64,000 nucleotides of DNA from Parasphingorhabdus sp. Lineage in GTDB: Bacteria; Pseudomonadota; Alphaproteobacteria; Sphingomonadales; Sphingomonadaceae. The DNA lies in contig NZ_JBLWWU010000006.1 in the NCBI RefSeq assembly GCF_048267785.1, forward strand, positions 11,942-75,941, given 5' to 3'. How positions within the stretch are numbered: position 1 is the stretch's first letter; each line of letters begins with the position of its first letter. Of this stretch, positions 10,520 through 20,287 are shown piece by piece. Position numbers and translations under genes: made by a program. The notes under the pieces are model-generated. The model ran no database searches, had not been told where the DNA came from, and saw nothing but the letters and a program-made list of their open reading frames with translations.

Positions 10520-10860
10520 TGGTAGATGCAAAATGGATCGATATCGGCCCGGTCGAACAACTGCCTGCCATGGGCGCGCGGACGCTGCCGGTACAAGGCG
10601 GCCAGGAGATAGCGATATTCCGCACCGCTACGGGCAGCATTCATGCTCTGGCGAACAAATGCCCGCACAAGGCCGGGCCGCTGAGTCAGGGGATCGTTCA
10701 CGACACCAGCGTAACCTGTCCTCTACATAACTGGCGCATTTCCTTACTAACGGGCGAGGCATTGGGCGAGGACAAGGGGTGCGTGCCGGTGATCCCGGTC
10801 AAAATTGACGCGGGCCGGATTTATATCGAACGCGCTCCCGCCCTCGCTGGGGCCGTGTGA
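10516..10860 (+). CDS. nirD: Nitrite reductase small subunit (Rieske)
   Basis: CPHKAG and CPLHNW Rieske motifs. Confidence 0.93.
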   Translation: MMVDAKWIDIGPVEQLPAMGARTLPVQGGQEIAIFRTATGSIHALANKCPHKAGPLSQGIVHDTSVTCPLHNWRISLLTGEALGEDKGCVPVIPVKIDAGRIYIERAPALAGAV

Positions 10861-13451
10861 CTCCGGTTCGCACCACTTGTCCCTATTGCGGCGTCGGTTG
10901 CGGCATCAAAGCCGAAATCACCGGTGACCGCGATGTGATCATCGCGGGTGACGAGGAGCATCCAGCGAATCTCGGCCGGCTTTGTTCCAAGGGAACGCAT
11001 TTGGCGGAAACGGTCAATCTTGAAGGACGGCTGCTCCGTCCGGAAATAGACGGTGAGCCGGCGGAGTGGGACAAGGCGCTCGATCTGGTGGCCAATCGCT
11101 TTGCCGAGACAATCCGCGAGCATGGCCCGGACAGCGTCGCGTTCTACGTCTCCGGCCAGTTGCTGACCGAAGATTATTATGTCGCCAACAAGCTGATGAA
11201 GGGCTTTATCGGCAGCGCCAATATCGACACCAACAGCCGCCTGTGCATGGCCAGTGCGGTTGCCGCCCATGTGCGGGCGTTCGGCGAAGATGTCGTGCCC
11301 TGCAGCTATGATGATCTGGGAAATGCCGATCTCATCCTGCTCGTCGGGTCGAACACCGCCTGGTGTCATCCGGTGATCTGGCAGCGCATCGAAAAGGCGC
11401 GCAGCGAACGCGGGACGAAACTGGTGGTGATTGATCCGCGCCGCACCGAAACAGCCGAATGTGCCGATCTCCATTTACCCATCGCGCTCGACGGGGACGT
11501 CGCATTGTTCAACGTCTTGCTTGCCGAAATGATGACAAGGGGATTGCTGGATGAAGATTATTTGCGCGATCATGTGGCCGCACCGGCCGGATTCTGGAAC
11601 GGGCTGAACGGTGATCCGGCAGCAGTGGGTATCGATCCTGATGTATTCGATCAGCTTGCCGATCTGGTGGCCGCCCATCCAAAAATGGTCACCCTGTTCA
11701 GTCAGGGTACGAACCAGTCGGCGGGCGGCACCGACAAGGGCAATGCGATCATCAACCTGCACCTTGCAACTGGCAGGATTGGCAAGCCCGGCATGGGGCC
11801 ATTTTCGATCACCGGCCAGCCCAACGCCATGGGCGGGCGTGAGGTCGGAGGGCTCTCTTCGATGCTTGCTGCGCATATGGGTTTTTCTGATGCAGAATGC
11901 GAAGCCGCCCAAACATATTGGAGCAGTCCGACAATCGCTCGCAAACCAGGGCGCAAGGCTGTCGACATGTTCCGCGATGTCCATGATGGAAAAATCAAGG
12001 CGATCTGGGTCATGGCAACCAACCCGGCGGTCTCGATGCCGGATGCTGATTATGTCCGCGAGGCATTGAACCGCTGCGATTTTGTCGTGGTTTCCGATGT
12101 TATCGCCGAAACCGACACAACTGCCTATGCCGATGTGAAACTGCCGGCACTGGCCTGGGGTGAGAAAGATGGCACCGTCACGAACAGCGAACGTGTCATC
12201 AGTCGCCAGCGTCCGTTATTCGCTGCACCAGGAGAGGCCAAAGCCGATTGGTGGATCGTGCAGGAGGTTGCTCGCCGCATGGGATTTGGCAACGCATTTT
12301 CCTTCGACGGGCCGGCTGCTATCTTCCGCGAATATGCCGGGCAAACCGGATTTCGTAACGACGGCCAGCGCAAACTGGATATATCCGAATGGGCTGACAC
12401 CCGCGATAACGAATATGACGACTGGGTGCCGAAAGCCTGGGGTGGTGCATCACCTTTCGCGGAGGGGAAATTCACCTCTGCCGATGGCAAGGCAAGGCTG
12501 GTTGCCGTTGCTCCTTCTTCTCCGGCGCCGGTCGATCGTGCATTCCCGCTCCGTCTCAATACAGGCCGCTATCGGGATCAATGGCACACGATGAGCCGAA
12601 CGGGTCTCAGTCCGCGGCTGTCACAACATCGCCGCGAAGCGCTGGTCGAAATTCACCCGGATGATGCCAGCGAGCGCGCTATTGGAGACGGCAATCTGGC
12701 GCGTATTACCACCCCACAGGGTGACAGCATCTTTCGGGTGCAGATTACCGAGGCGCAACGCAAGGGCGAGATGTTCGTCCCGATGCACTGGACCGATCAG
12801 ATGAGCGGCGGCGGTCGTGCCAACCGCTTGCCCGATCAAACGGTCGACCCGGTATCGGGCCAACCCGCATATAAAAACAGTCCGTGTAATATCGAAACGG
12901 TCGAATCGGAATGGCGGGCCTTTCTGGTCAGCAGCAAGCGGCCGGCATTGCCAGCCCTGCTGTATTGGACGAGCGCAAAGATCGCGGGCGGTTGGCTCAC
13001 TGAAATGGCGGGCGCGGGCAATATTGACATGGACGGACTGCTGCCCGTTGGCGACCGTCTCGAGGCGGTAGACATGAAACGCGGGATGCGCCGTATCGCC
13101 GTGCGCGATAACGAAGGCAGGCTGGCGGCAGCACTTTTCCTAACGCGCAACGGTCAACTTCCATCACGGGAATGGATTGCGGCACAATTGGTCAGCGAGG
13201 AACAGGCGGATGCCCACTCCTTGCTCGCGGCGCGCCCGAAACTGGCCGGGCCGGACAAGGGCGCGATCCTGTGCGTGTGTTTCAACATCGGCGTTAAACA
13301 GATCATCAGCGCGATTGGCGAGCAATCGCTCACCAGTCTGGAAGATGTCGGAACGGCACTGAATGCGGGGACAAATTGCGGCAGTTGCCGACCCGCGCTT
13401 GCCAGATTGCTGGCGGAAACACTGGAACCGAAATTGGAGGCCGCCGAATGA
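10857..13451 (+). CDS. nasA: Assimilatory nitrate reductase catalytic subunit
   Basis: CPYCGVGC [4Fe-4S] motif, NIDTNSRLCMASA, TGQPNAMGGRE, C-terminal BFD-like CVCF...CGSC. Confidence 0.95.
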   Translation: MTPVRTTCPYCGVGCGIKAEITGDRDVIIAGDEEHPANLGRLCSKGTHLAETVNLEGRLLRPEIDGEPAEWDKALDLVANRFAETIREHGPDSVAFYVSGQLLTEDYYVANKLMKGFIGSANIDTNSRLCMASAVAAHVRAFGEDVVPCSYDDLGNADLILLVGSNTAWCHPVIWQRIEKARSERGTKLVVIDPRRTETAECADLHLPIALDGDVALFNVLLAEMMTRGLLDEDYLRDHVAAPAGFWNGLNGDPAAVGIDPDVFDQLADLVAAHPKMVTLFSQGTNQSAGGTDKGNAIINLHLATGRIGKPGMGPFSITGQPNAMGGREVGGLSSMLAAHMGFSDAECEAAQTYWSSPTIARKPGRKAVDMFRDVHDGKIKAIWVMATNPAVSMPDADYVREALNRCDFVVVSDVIAETDTTAYADVKLPALAWGEKDGTVTNSERVISRQRPLFAAPGEAKADWWIVQEVARRMGFGNAFSFDGPAAIFREYAGQTGFRNDGQRKLDISEWADTRDNEYDDWVPKAWGGASPFAEGKFTSADGKARLVAVAPSSPAPVDRAFPLRLNTGRYRDQWHTMSRTGLSPRLSQHRREALVEIHPDDASERAIGDGNLARITTPQGDSIFRVQITEAQRKGEMFVPMHWTDQMSGGGRANRLPDQTVDPVSGQPAYKNSPCNIETVESEWRAFLVSSKRPALPALLYWTSAKIAGGWLTEMAGAGNIDMDGLLPVGDRLEAVDMKRGMRRIAVRDNEGRLAAALFLTRNGQLPSREWIAAQLVSEEQADAHSLLAARPKLAGPDKGAILCVCFNIGVKQIISAIGEQSLTSLEDVGTALNAGTNCGSCRPALARLLAETLEPKLEAAE

Positions 13452-14251
13452 GTGATACTGTCATCCCGCCCGGAACCATATGGCTAGTCGGCGCAGGCCC
13501 CGGCGATCCGGACCTGTTGACCCGCAAGGCCGAGAAACTGATCCGCGCTGCCAGCGTCATTTTCTACGATGCGCTTGTCGGCAAGGGCGTGCTGGAACTG
13601 GCGCCACAATCCGCGCGGCTTGTTCCTGTCGGCAAGCGATCTGGCCGCCATTCCAAAGACCAGCGCAGCATCAACGACATGCTGGTTGACGCCGCATTGG
13701 CGGGAGAACGAGTGGTTCGCCTGAAAGGCGGCGATGTAGGAATTTTTGGCCGCGCAGCAGAGGAAATGGATGCGCTGGCGTCACATGGCATCGCCTGTCA
13801 TATCTGCCCCGGCATAACCGCCGCCTCAGCCGCCGCTGCAAGCGCCGGAATATCGCTGACCTTGCGCGGTCTCGCCCGCAAGCTGATATTTGTAACCGCT
13901 CACGCAAAAGCGGGTGAAGAGCTCGATCTAGATTGGCAGGCGCTGGCGGATCCCAAGGCAACGCTCGCAATCTATATGGGCAAGGCGGCCGCGGGAACCA
14001 TTTCACGGCAGCTTGTCGACGCCGGTTTGCCCGGAGACACACCCGTGCTTCTGACAGAAAACGCCAGCCTGCCCGAAAAGCGCCAGTTCAGCACGCGCCT
14101 TGATCTGTTGGCGCTTTCAGCGAAATCGGCCCTGGGAGATGGTCCCGCCCTGATGCTGATTGGCGAAGCGGTGCGACTAGGTCGAAGGGCAAGTGATTCA
14201 GGTTTCTCATATGCAGGGTTACCATCGCAAAGAGCAATATTCTGTCATTGA
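13448..14251 (+). CDS. cobA: Uroporphyrinogen-III C-methyltransferase (siroheme synthesis)
   Basis: LVGAGPGDPDLLT and VVRLKGGD motifs; ATGA overlap with nasA gives start 13448. Confidence 0.92.
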   Translation: MSDTVIPPGTIWLVGAGPGDPDLLTRKAEKLIRAASVIFYDALVGKGVLELAPQSARLVPVGKRSGRHSKDQRSINDMLVDAALAGERVVRLKGGDVGIFGRAAEEMDALASHGIACHICPGITAASAAAASAGISLTLRGLARKLIFVTAHAKAGEELDLDWQALADPKATLAIYMGKAAAGTISRQLVDAGLPGDTPVLLTENASLPEKRQFSTRLDLLALSAKSALGDGPALMLIGEAVRLGRRASDSGFSYAGLPSQRAIFCH

Positions 14252-14355
14252 CGACGGTGCGGTGAGCAACGTCCCGGTTGCAAGCAAAGTGCCGACAGCG
14301 CCATTTGTGCCAGTTGCGTTCATTTTAAACGGAACTCGTGGTGTTAATGATCGGT

Positions 14356-16017
14356 CTAAAGATCTTTCAGCATATGGCGAGGCACCTTGTTCATGGCCGA
14401 TCGTGGTAGCGCATCGACAATCTTGAGATATTCCGGCCTTTTGAATTTTGCGATACCGTGTTCATTCATAAAATCTGTAAGGTCTTTGAGGGTAATTGTC
14501 TCGCCGGACATCGGTACGACCACGGCACAGACTTTCTCGCCCAATATACTGTCCGGTTTACCATATACCGCTGCTTCGAGTATCCGGGGATGCGATTGCA
14601 GAATCCCATCAAGCTCTTCAGGCGAAATGTTCATGCCTCCGCGGATGATCAGATCTTTGCAGCGCCCGACAAACCGGTAATATTGATTTTTATCGCCGGT
14701 AATTTCAAACAGGTCTCCGCTTCTGAAATAGCCATCGGGCGTAAAGGCTTCTGCATTGTCTTCCGGTGATTGATAATATCCGTCGAACACCGTCGATCCG
14801 GCGATTTCCAGTTCGCCGGGGACGCCCGGCTCGGTGATTTCTGCACCGCTGTCCTTGTCGATCAAGCGGGTATCGATGCGATCACCAATGCCCGTCGACC
14901 AGCTGAATTCGGGTCTTCCAAATCGGGGGAAGCAGGTCGCGCGGTCGCTCGTATCGGGGACGTCGACGGGTGTCCCAATCAGGGCCATGCCCTCATTCGA
15001 TCCGAACAGATTGAAAATGTCGATCCCGAAAGTCTCGGTAAACCCTTGCACCATCGCAGGGTCCAGCGGCGCGCTACCGGAAGCAATCGTCTTTACGCTT
15101 TCGAGAAACCCGGCCGCCTTGATCATGTCTTTTTGCAGAAGAAGTTTGCTCAATATCGCCGGTGGAGCGATCGTATAAGCGCACTGCTCGTCTTTCAGCT
15201 GTTGCAGATATGCCGCCGGCTCAAACGGATGGTGCAGGATCATTTTTGCCTTTGACTGGAGCCAGAGGAAAAGGAAACCACCTATCGCAGCCATATTGAT
15301 GAACGGGAAAGGACAAAGCATTGCCGCGCCGGTCGGGAGCTCTACCGGCTTTCCGCACATGACGCTGGATGACAACCAGTGATTGTGGCTGCGCGGTACG
15401 CCCTTTGGTCGTCCGGTGGTGCCGGATGTCCAACAGATTGTCAGTATATCATCAGCCGAATGGGCGAGCCCGTTCCGGTAATCCTGATAGGCTTGCGTCA
15501 CGTCAGCCTTTGACCCTGTCGCATCGCTATCGGAAGTGAATAGCAGCGGTGTACAACTGTCTGGCAAAATATCCAGAATCGGTTCTGCGAATGGAGCGCC
15601 GCGAAAATCCGTGAACGCGATATAGGCGCTGGGATCAATGGTCTGGGTAATATGACTGACTTCAAATGTTCCGTATTGAACCGCCATTGGGCTGACAATC
15701 AGTCCAAGCCTAGCGGCGGCCAGATAGACAAGGATAATCTCGACCGTATTGGGCAAATGGACAGCGATGCGGTCCCCCTGGCGCAATCCGGCCTCGAAAT
15801 ATCGCGATGCCAGCCGGTCGGCCAACAAATCGATTTCGCGAAAGGTCAGGCGTCTCGGGTCGCCGTGAACCAGATCGCCACGGTTGCTCGGATCTATCAA
15901 TGCAAGATCGTCTGGATGGGAAGCCAGCGCGGCGGAAAATATCTGGTCGAGAGTCGTGTTGCCCCACCATCCGGCCTGCTTCATGGCAGTGATTTTCTCA
16001 CATGATGACGTCTGCAT
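14356..16017 (-). CDS. Acyl-CoA synthetase (class I adenylate-forming enzyme)
   Basis: WTSGTTGRPKG, FGSNEG, RSGDL, RCKDLIIRGG and final KVPR motifs. Start at 16017 follows a GAGGGG SD. Confidence 0.93.
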   Translation of the reverse strand: MQTSSCEKITAMKQAGWWGNTTLDQIFSAALASHPDDLALIDPSNRGDLVHGDPRRLTFREIDLLADRLASRYFEAGLRQGDRIAVHLPNTVEIILVYLAAARLGLIVSPMAVQYGTFEVSHITQTIDPSAYIAFTDFRGAPFAEPILDILPDSCTPLLFTSDSDATGSKADVTQAYQDYRNGLAHSADDILTICWTSGTTGRPKGVPRSHNHWLSSSVMCGKPVELPTGAAMLCPFPFINMAAIGGFLFLWLQSKAKMILHHPFEPAAYLQQLKDEQCAYTIAPPAILSKLLLQKDMIKAAGFLESVKTIASGSAPLDPAMVQGFTETFGIDIFNLFGSNEGMALIGTPVDVPDTSDRATCFPRFGRPEFSWSTGIGDRIDTRLIDKDSGAEITEPGVPGELEIAGSTVFDGYYQSPEDNAEAFTPDGYFRSGDLFEITGDKNQYYRFVGRCKDLIIRGGMNISPEELDGILQSHPRILEAAVYGKPDSILGEKVCAVVVPMSGETITLKDLTDFMNEHGIAKFKRPEYLKIVDALPRSAMNKVPRHMLKDL

Positions 16018-16025
16018 ATATCCCC

Positions 16026-16043
16026 TCACTTGTTTAATCATAC
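16026..16043. promoter_or_regulatory. Cluster operator motif copy (15/18)
   Basis: TCACTTGTTTAATCATAC directly upstream of the CoA ligase start. Confidence 0.7.
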
Positions 16044-16095
16044 TTGGTAGAATTGCTATGCGGGAGTGTCAAGTTATGGCGCGGCAGCCCAATTA

Positions 16096-16113
16096 TAACT
16101 TGTATAAACATAC
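16096..16113. promoter_or_regulatory. Cluster operator motif copy (reference)
   Basis: TAACTTGTATAAACATAC; overlaps a putative -35 TTGTAT with TATGAT 18 nt downstream, ahead of the oxygenase. Confidence 0.75.
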
Positions 16114-16180
16114 TATATGGGATTATGATCTAATCAGTCGGTTAAACGACTCTCAAACAGATTATGCTCAGGAGGCTAAA

Positions 16181-17632
16181 ATGAATGCACCCTTCAAGGA
16201 ACCCAAAGCACCGTTCGGCCATGCTTATGGTGAAATGATAACTGGTCCATTTGCCCCGGTTCCGGATGAATCCGTGCTCACCGATTTGCCGGTTGAAGGA
16301 GAAATCCCTGCTGACTTGAACGGTGTCTATCTCCGCAATGGGCCAAATCCGCGCTTTGAACCACAAGGGGCCTACCATCCGTTTGATGGTGACGGAATGC
16401 TCCATGCCGCGGAATTTAGAAATGGCAAGGTGGTCTATCGGAACAAATGGGTGCGGTCCGAAGGCTGGCTTGAAGATGATGCAGCCGGGGAAGAAACCCA
16501 CTGGGGCATTCGGCAGACGTTAAAAGGCCGGACCGATATGGTGCTGGCCGATGCTGCCAATACCGATGTTCTGGGGCATGCCGGCTATGCCGTGGCGACT
16601 TGGTATCTTTCGGGAAAGCCGCATATCATTGATCCGATTACGCTCGAAACAATCGAGGCTGCGGAATATACCAGCGCACCGGGCAACGGGATTTCGGCTC
16701 ATGGCAAGGTCGATGAATATACCGGTGAACTGATGTTTTTCGACTATTTTGATTATGCACCATTCATGACCTACAGCGTTGTAAACCGGGAAGGAAAGCT
16801 GGTTCATAATGTTCCGATAGAATTGCCTGGGGACCGTCTGCCGCACGATATGGGAATCACGGAACACTATTCTATTTTGCATGATCTGCCCGTCTATCAT
16901 GATGAAGAAGCATTGAAGGCCGGACGGCACAAGATTCGGTTCAACTCCAAAATACCAACGCGCTTCGGCGTTATTCCCCGGCACGGGGCATCCGATAGCA
17001 TCAAATGGTTCGAATTCACGCCATGCTTTCTCTATCATGTGGTCAATTGCTGGGAAGAGGGCGATGAAGTGGTCATGGTAGCCTGCCGCTTCATGCCGAC
17101 GATGAAGGAAAATGGCGAATATGACGAGGCGCGCACTGCGAGGATGATCGCCGAGCTTGGCATGTATAGCCGCTTGTGGCGGTATCGGATGAATATGAAA
17201 ACCGGCGAGACGCACGAAGAATGTCTGAATGCCGATCATAATGTAGAATTTCCCAGCTATCACACCGCTGAAACAGGGCGACATACAAGCTGGACCTATG
17301 TGGTTGATCATAATCCTAACACTCTGCACTGGACCGGTATTCGCAAGCTCAACACCGATACGGGGGAGAGCGCCGGAGAGTGGTCGGACGGACATGACGA
17401 TTGCTGGTATAGCGAGCCCTGGTTTGCGCCGGCCGATGATCCGCAAAGTGAAGATCATGGTTATGTAATTACCTTTGTGTGGAATGAGAAAACCAGTGTG
17501 CAGCAGCTACAGGTGTTCGATGCGCTGGATCTCAACAAGGGGCCGATTGCCCGCGTGACGCTTCCCCGGCATGTCCCGGTCGGTTTTCACGCGTGCTGGA
17601 TGAAGCCGAGTCAGATTGCCAACTGGAACTAA
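16181..17632 (+). CDS. Carotenoid oxygenase family dioxygenase (CCO / lignostilbene dioxygenase, RPE65 superfamily)
   Basis: YLRNGPNP and HPFDGDGM motifs; four candidate iron-ligand His in SAHGK, LPHDM, LYHVVN and GFHAC. GGAGG SD before ATG 16181. Confidence 0.93.
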   Translation: MNAPFKEPKAPFGHAYGEMITGPFAPVPDESVLTDLPVEGEIPADLNGVYLRNGPNPRFEPQGAYHPFDGDGMLHAAEFRNGKVVYRNKWVRSEGWLEDDAAGEETHWGIRQTLKGRTDMVLADAANTDVLGHAGYAVATWYLSGKPHIIDPITLETIEAAEYTSAPGNGISAHGKVDEYTGELMFFDYFDYAPFMTYSVVNREGKLVHNVPIELPGDRLPHDMGITEHYSILHDLPVYHDEEALKAGRHKIRFNSKIPTRFGVIPRHGASDSIKWFEFTPCFLYHVVNCWEEGDEVVMVACRFMPTMKENGEYDEARTARMIAELGMYSRLWRYRMNMKTGETHEECLNADHNVEFPSYHTAETGRHTSWTYVVDHNPNTLHWTGIRKLNTDTGESAGEWSDGHDDCWYSEPWFAPADDPQSEDHGYVITFVWNEKTSVQQLQVFDALDLNKGPIARVTLPRHVPVGFHACWMKPSQIANWN

Positions 17633-17724
17633 ATGCCGGTCCCGGTAGAGAGGTCGCGACATAGCGGCAAGATCGCTGGATAATCCAGGCTGTTCGAGAT
17701 TATTCTTGGCAGTCTCGAGCGCGC

Positions 17725-18960
17725 CTATCTGGAAAGAACGGTAACGACGGTCACGCCTTCTTCGACATGGAGAAAGCCTCCGCCGTTTTCTGCGACACCA
17801 AGTCTGGCCCCTTCAACTTGCCGTGCACCGGCCTCGCCGCGCAGTTGCAATACCAGTTCCTCGAGCTGCGCGATTCCGGTTGCGCCGACAGGGTGACCTT
17901 TTGACATCAAACCGCCGCACGGGTTCACCACCACGGATCCGCCCAGCTTTGTCGCGCCGCTGGCGGTGAAGGCACCGCCTTCGCCCATCGGGCAAAGCTG
18001 GAGGTTTTCAATCTGTTGTATCTCGGCAAAGGCGCTCGCGTCGTGCAGTTCCACGACGTCAATATCCGCCGGGTCCACACCGGCTTGCGCATAGGCTATC
18101 GTGGCAGCACGCCGGCCTGCATGCTGGGCATAATCGGTCATCTCGCGCTTTTGTGCGGACGCTATGCCGACCCCCTTGATCTCGACAGCCCGTTTTTTCT
18201 GGTCGTCGGTGAGGGCGCTGCCCCGCGCCAAAATGACAGCAGCGCCACCGTCGCTTATCGGTGCACACATCGCCCGCGTGAATGGCCAGACGATCTGTTT
18301 GTCCGCCAGCACCTCTTCAACCGACATGTCTTGTCGATATTGCGATTTGGGATTGAGCGTAGAATGAAAATGGGCCTTGGCTGCCGCTGCTGCCAAATGT
18401 TCCTGCGTGGTGCCGAAAGTTTTCATATGCTGACGGGCCATGGCTGCATAGACGTCCATGAAGAAGCTGCGTTCCGCTGAATTGTCAGCGCTCTCGGGAA
18501 TGATGTCCCTGCCGATGGCGGACATACGCTCCGCGGTCTCGTCTACGATTTCAATATCGGTGCCGCCCATGAAAGCGGCGAACATTTTTTCGCGCCGGTC
18601 GGTAAAATACATTTTCTCTACGCCAACCGCCATCGTAATATCCGCCTGACCCGCGCGAATATGGTTGGCAGCGTTAAACACCGCACTTGATCCACTGGCG
18701 CAGGCATTCTCGATATTGAATATCGGCACACTGGGGAGTCCAGCCGCGCCAAGCGCAATCTGGCCGCGGATGGTGTTTTGTCCCTCCAGCATAGGCTGGC
18801 GCGTGTTCGAAAACCAGGCGGCCTCGATCCGGTCGGCTTCCAGTCCGGCATCGCGCAGGGCATCTGATACGACTTCGGTGGCGAGCATTTTCACGGATTT
18901 TTCTGGCCATTTCCGGAATGGCGTTGTTGCAGCCCCGATTATGTAAATATTGTCTTTCAT
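17725..18960 (-). CDS. Thiolase-family protein (SCP2-type)
   Basis: ENACASGS, ELHDAS, GHPVGATG and ENGGG motifs. Confidence 0.9.
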   Translation of the reverse strand: MKDNIYIIGAATTPFRKWPEKSVKMLATEVVSDALRDAGLEADRIEAAWFSNTRQPMLEGQNTIRGQIALGAAGLPSVPIFNIENACASGSSAVFNAANHIRAGQADITMAVGVEKMYFTDRREKMFAAFMGGTDIEIVDETAERMSAIGRDIIPESADNSAERSFFMDVYAAMARQHMKTFGTTQEHLAAAAAKAHFHSTLNPKSQYRQDMSVEEVLADKQIVWPFTRAMCAPISDGGAAVILARGSALTDDQKKRAVEIKGVGIASAQKREMTDYAQHAGRRAATIAYAQAGVDPADIDVVELHDASAFAEIQQIENLQLCPMGEGGAFTASGATKLGGSVVVNPCGGLMSKGHPVGATGIAQLEELVLQLRGEAGARQVEGARLGVAENGGGFLHVEEGVTVVTVLSR

Positions 18961-18964
18961 GATC

Positions 18965-18982
18965 TAACTTGTATAAACATAC
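18965..18982. promoter_or_regulatory. Cluster operator motif copy (18/18 identical to 16096-16113)
   Basis: TAACTTGTATAAACATAC, 5 nt upstream of the thiolase ATG. Confidence 0.75.
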
Positions 18983-19134
18983 CATTGTATATGCAAATCC
19001 TATTTGGCTCTTTTTCTCTGGCAATTTCCGTATGCGGTAGATCCAGAGGCAGGGAATTGACTATTGGCAATTCGGAGCCTCGTCCCATATGGTATGGCTA
19101 CGAGAGCCAGTCGCTAAACTTTGAAATTGCCTCC

Positions 19135-19149
19135 CAATAACGGTTATTG
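19135..19149. promoter_or_regulatory. Perfect palindrome upstream of the regulator gene
   Basis: CAATAAC-G-GTTATTG, extendable to 19131-19153 with one mismatch. Confidence 0.4.
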
Positions 19150-19199
19150 AGAGACACTTAGGCAAGATCTGGATGTTTCGGCTCCGCCGACCGACAAGA

Positions 19200-20189
19200 A
19201 TGAAGGACAATGTAGCTTTGACACAAAAATTGGTTCCAGCTTGTTCCATTTGGCGCGCTCTGGAAGTGGTCGGGGATACACCGACACTTTTGATCATCCA
19301 GAGCTATTGGCTTGGTGCGCGTCGGTTCGAAGAGTTTAGAAAGCAAACGGGGTTGCTCAAGGCGCTGGTCAGCAACCGGCTGAAGAAACTTGTCGAGGAG
19401 GGCTGTTTCAAGAAAGTCGTCTATTCGGAGCGACCGCTGAGATACGAATATGTTGGAACCGAGAAATTACGTGACCAGTATAAGCTTTCTCTTGCGATGC
19501 TACACTGGGAACGGAAATGGTTTGACGGGACCAATGAGCACAAGGTCCACATCGAACTGCGGCACAAGAATTGTGGAAAGGTTACTGATCCAGCACCCGT
19601 ATGCAGTTGTTGCAGATCAAACGTCAAGGCGCGGGAAACCGACTGGCGCCTGGGGCCTGGTGGCGGCGAGATGGTCGCGGAATATGGTCGCCGGCGGCAG
19701 GACGCGTTCAATAAGGGGCGGCCACATACCGCTCTTTTCGACAATTTCAGCTATGTCATCGGAGACCGCTGGCGGTCGTTGATCATTCGCTCGATCTTTC
19801 GAAATCTGAACAAATATGACGAGATATTGGGCGACACCCAAATGGCGACGAATATTCTGACGGATCGCCTAAAAAGCCTTTGTGAAGAAGGGTTTCTGAA
19901 GAAGGAACAATATCAGTCGAATCCCAAGAGATTCTCCTACAAGCTGACCGACAAGGGGCTTGATGTCTATCCGGTGATGATGTTGATAATGGAGTGGGGT
20001 GATAAATGGTATCCCGATCCAAAAGGGCCGCCGCTGCTGTTGACCCATCGTCCGTGCAACCATCCGTTGCAGATCGATATGGCATGTTCTGCCTGCGGTG
20101 AATCGGTCGATCTGGGTGATCTGGACTATCAAATTCTCGAAGAAAAAGAGGGGACATCTGACAATATGTTAACCTCGGCAGCAGTTTGA
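19200..20189 (+). CDS. Tandem (fused double) HxlR/DUF24 winged-helix regulator
   Basis: Two HxlR repeats (CSIWRALEVVGDT...LVSNRLKKLVEEG and YVIGDRWRSLI...ILTDRLKSLCEEG), each followed by an HxxC...CxxC tail. Confidence 0.9.
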   Translation: MKDNVALTQKLVPACSIWRALEVVGDTPTLLIIQSYWLGARRFEEFRKQTGLLKALVSNRLKKLVEEGCFKKVVYSERPLRYEYVGTEKLRDQYKLSLAMLHWERKWFDGTNEHKVHIELRHKNCGKVTDPAPVCSCCRSNVKARETDWRLGPGGGEMVAEYGRRRQDAFNKGRPHTALFDNFSYVIGDRWRSLIIRSIFRNLNKYDEILGDTQMATNILTDRLKSLCEEGFLKKEQYQSNPKRFSYKLTDKGLDVYPVMMLIMEWGDKWYPDPKGPPLLLTHRPCNHPLQIDMACSACGESVDLGDLDYQILEEKEGTSDNMLTSAAV

Positions 20190-20287
20190 TGTTTGGGAAT
20201 AGCGGGAAAGAGATGTTTGTAATCTGTCACCGGCGAGCCCGGTAAACGGGCAGCGTCAGCTTTCAGCATCCTGACGACCTGCCGCCG

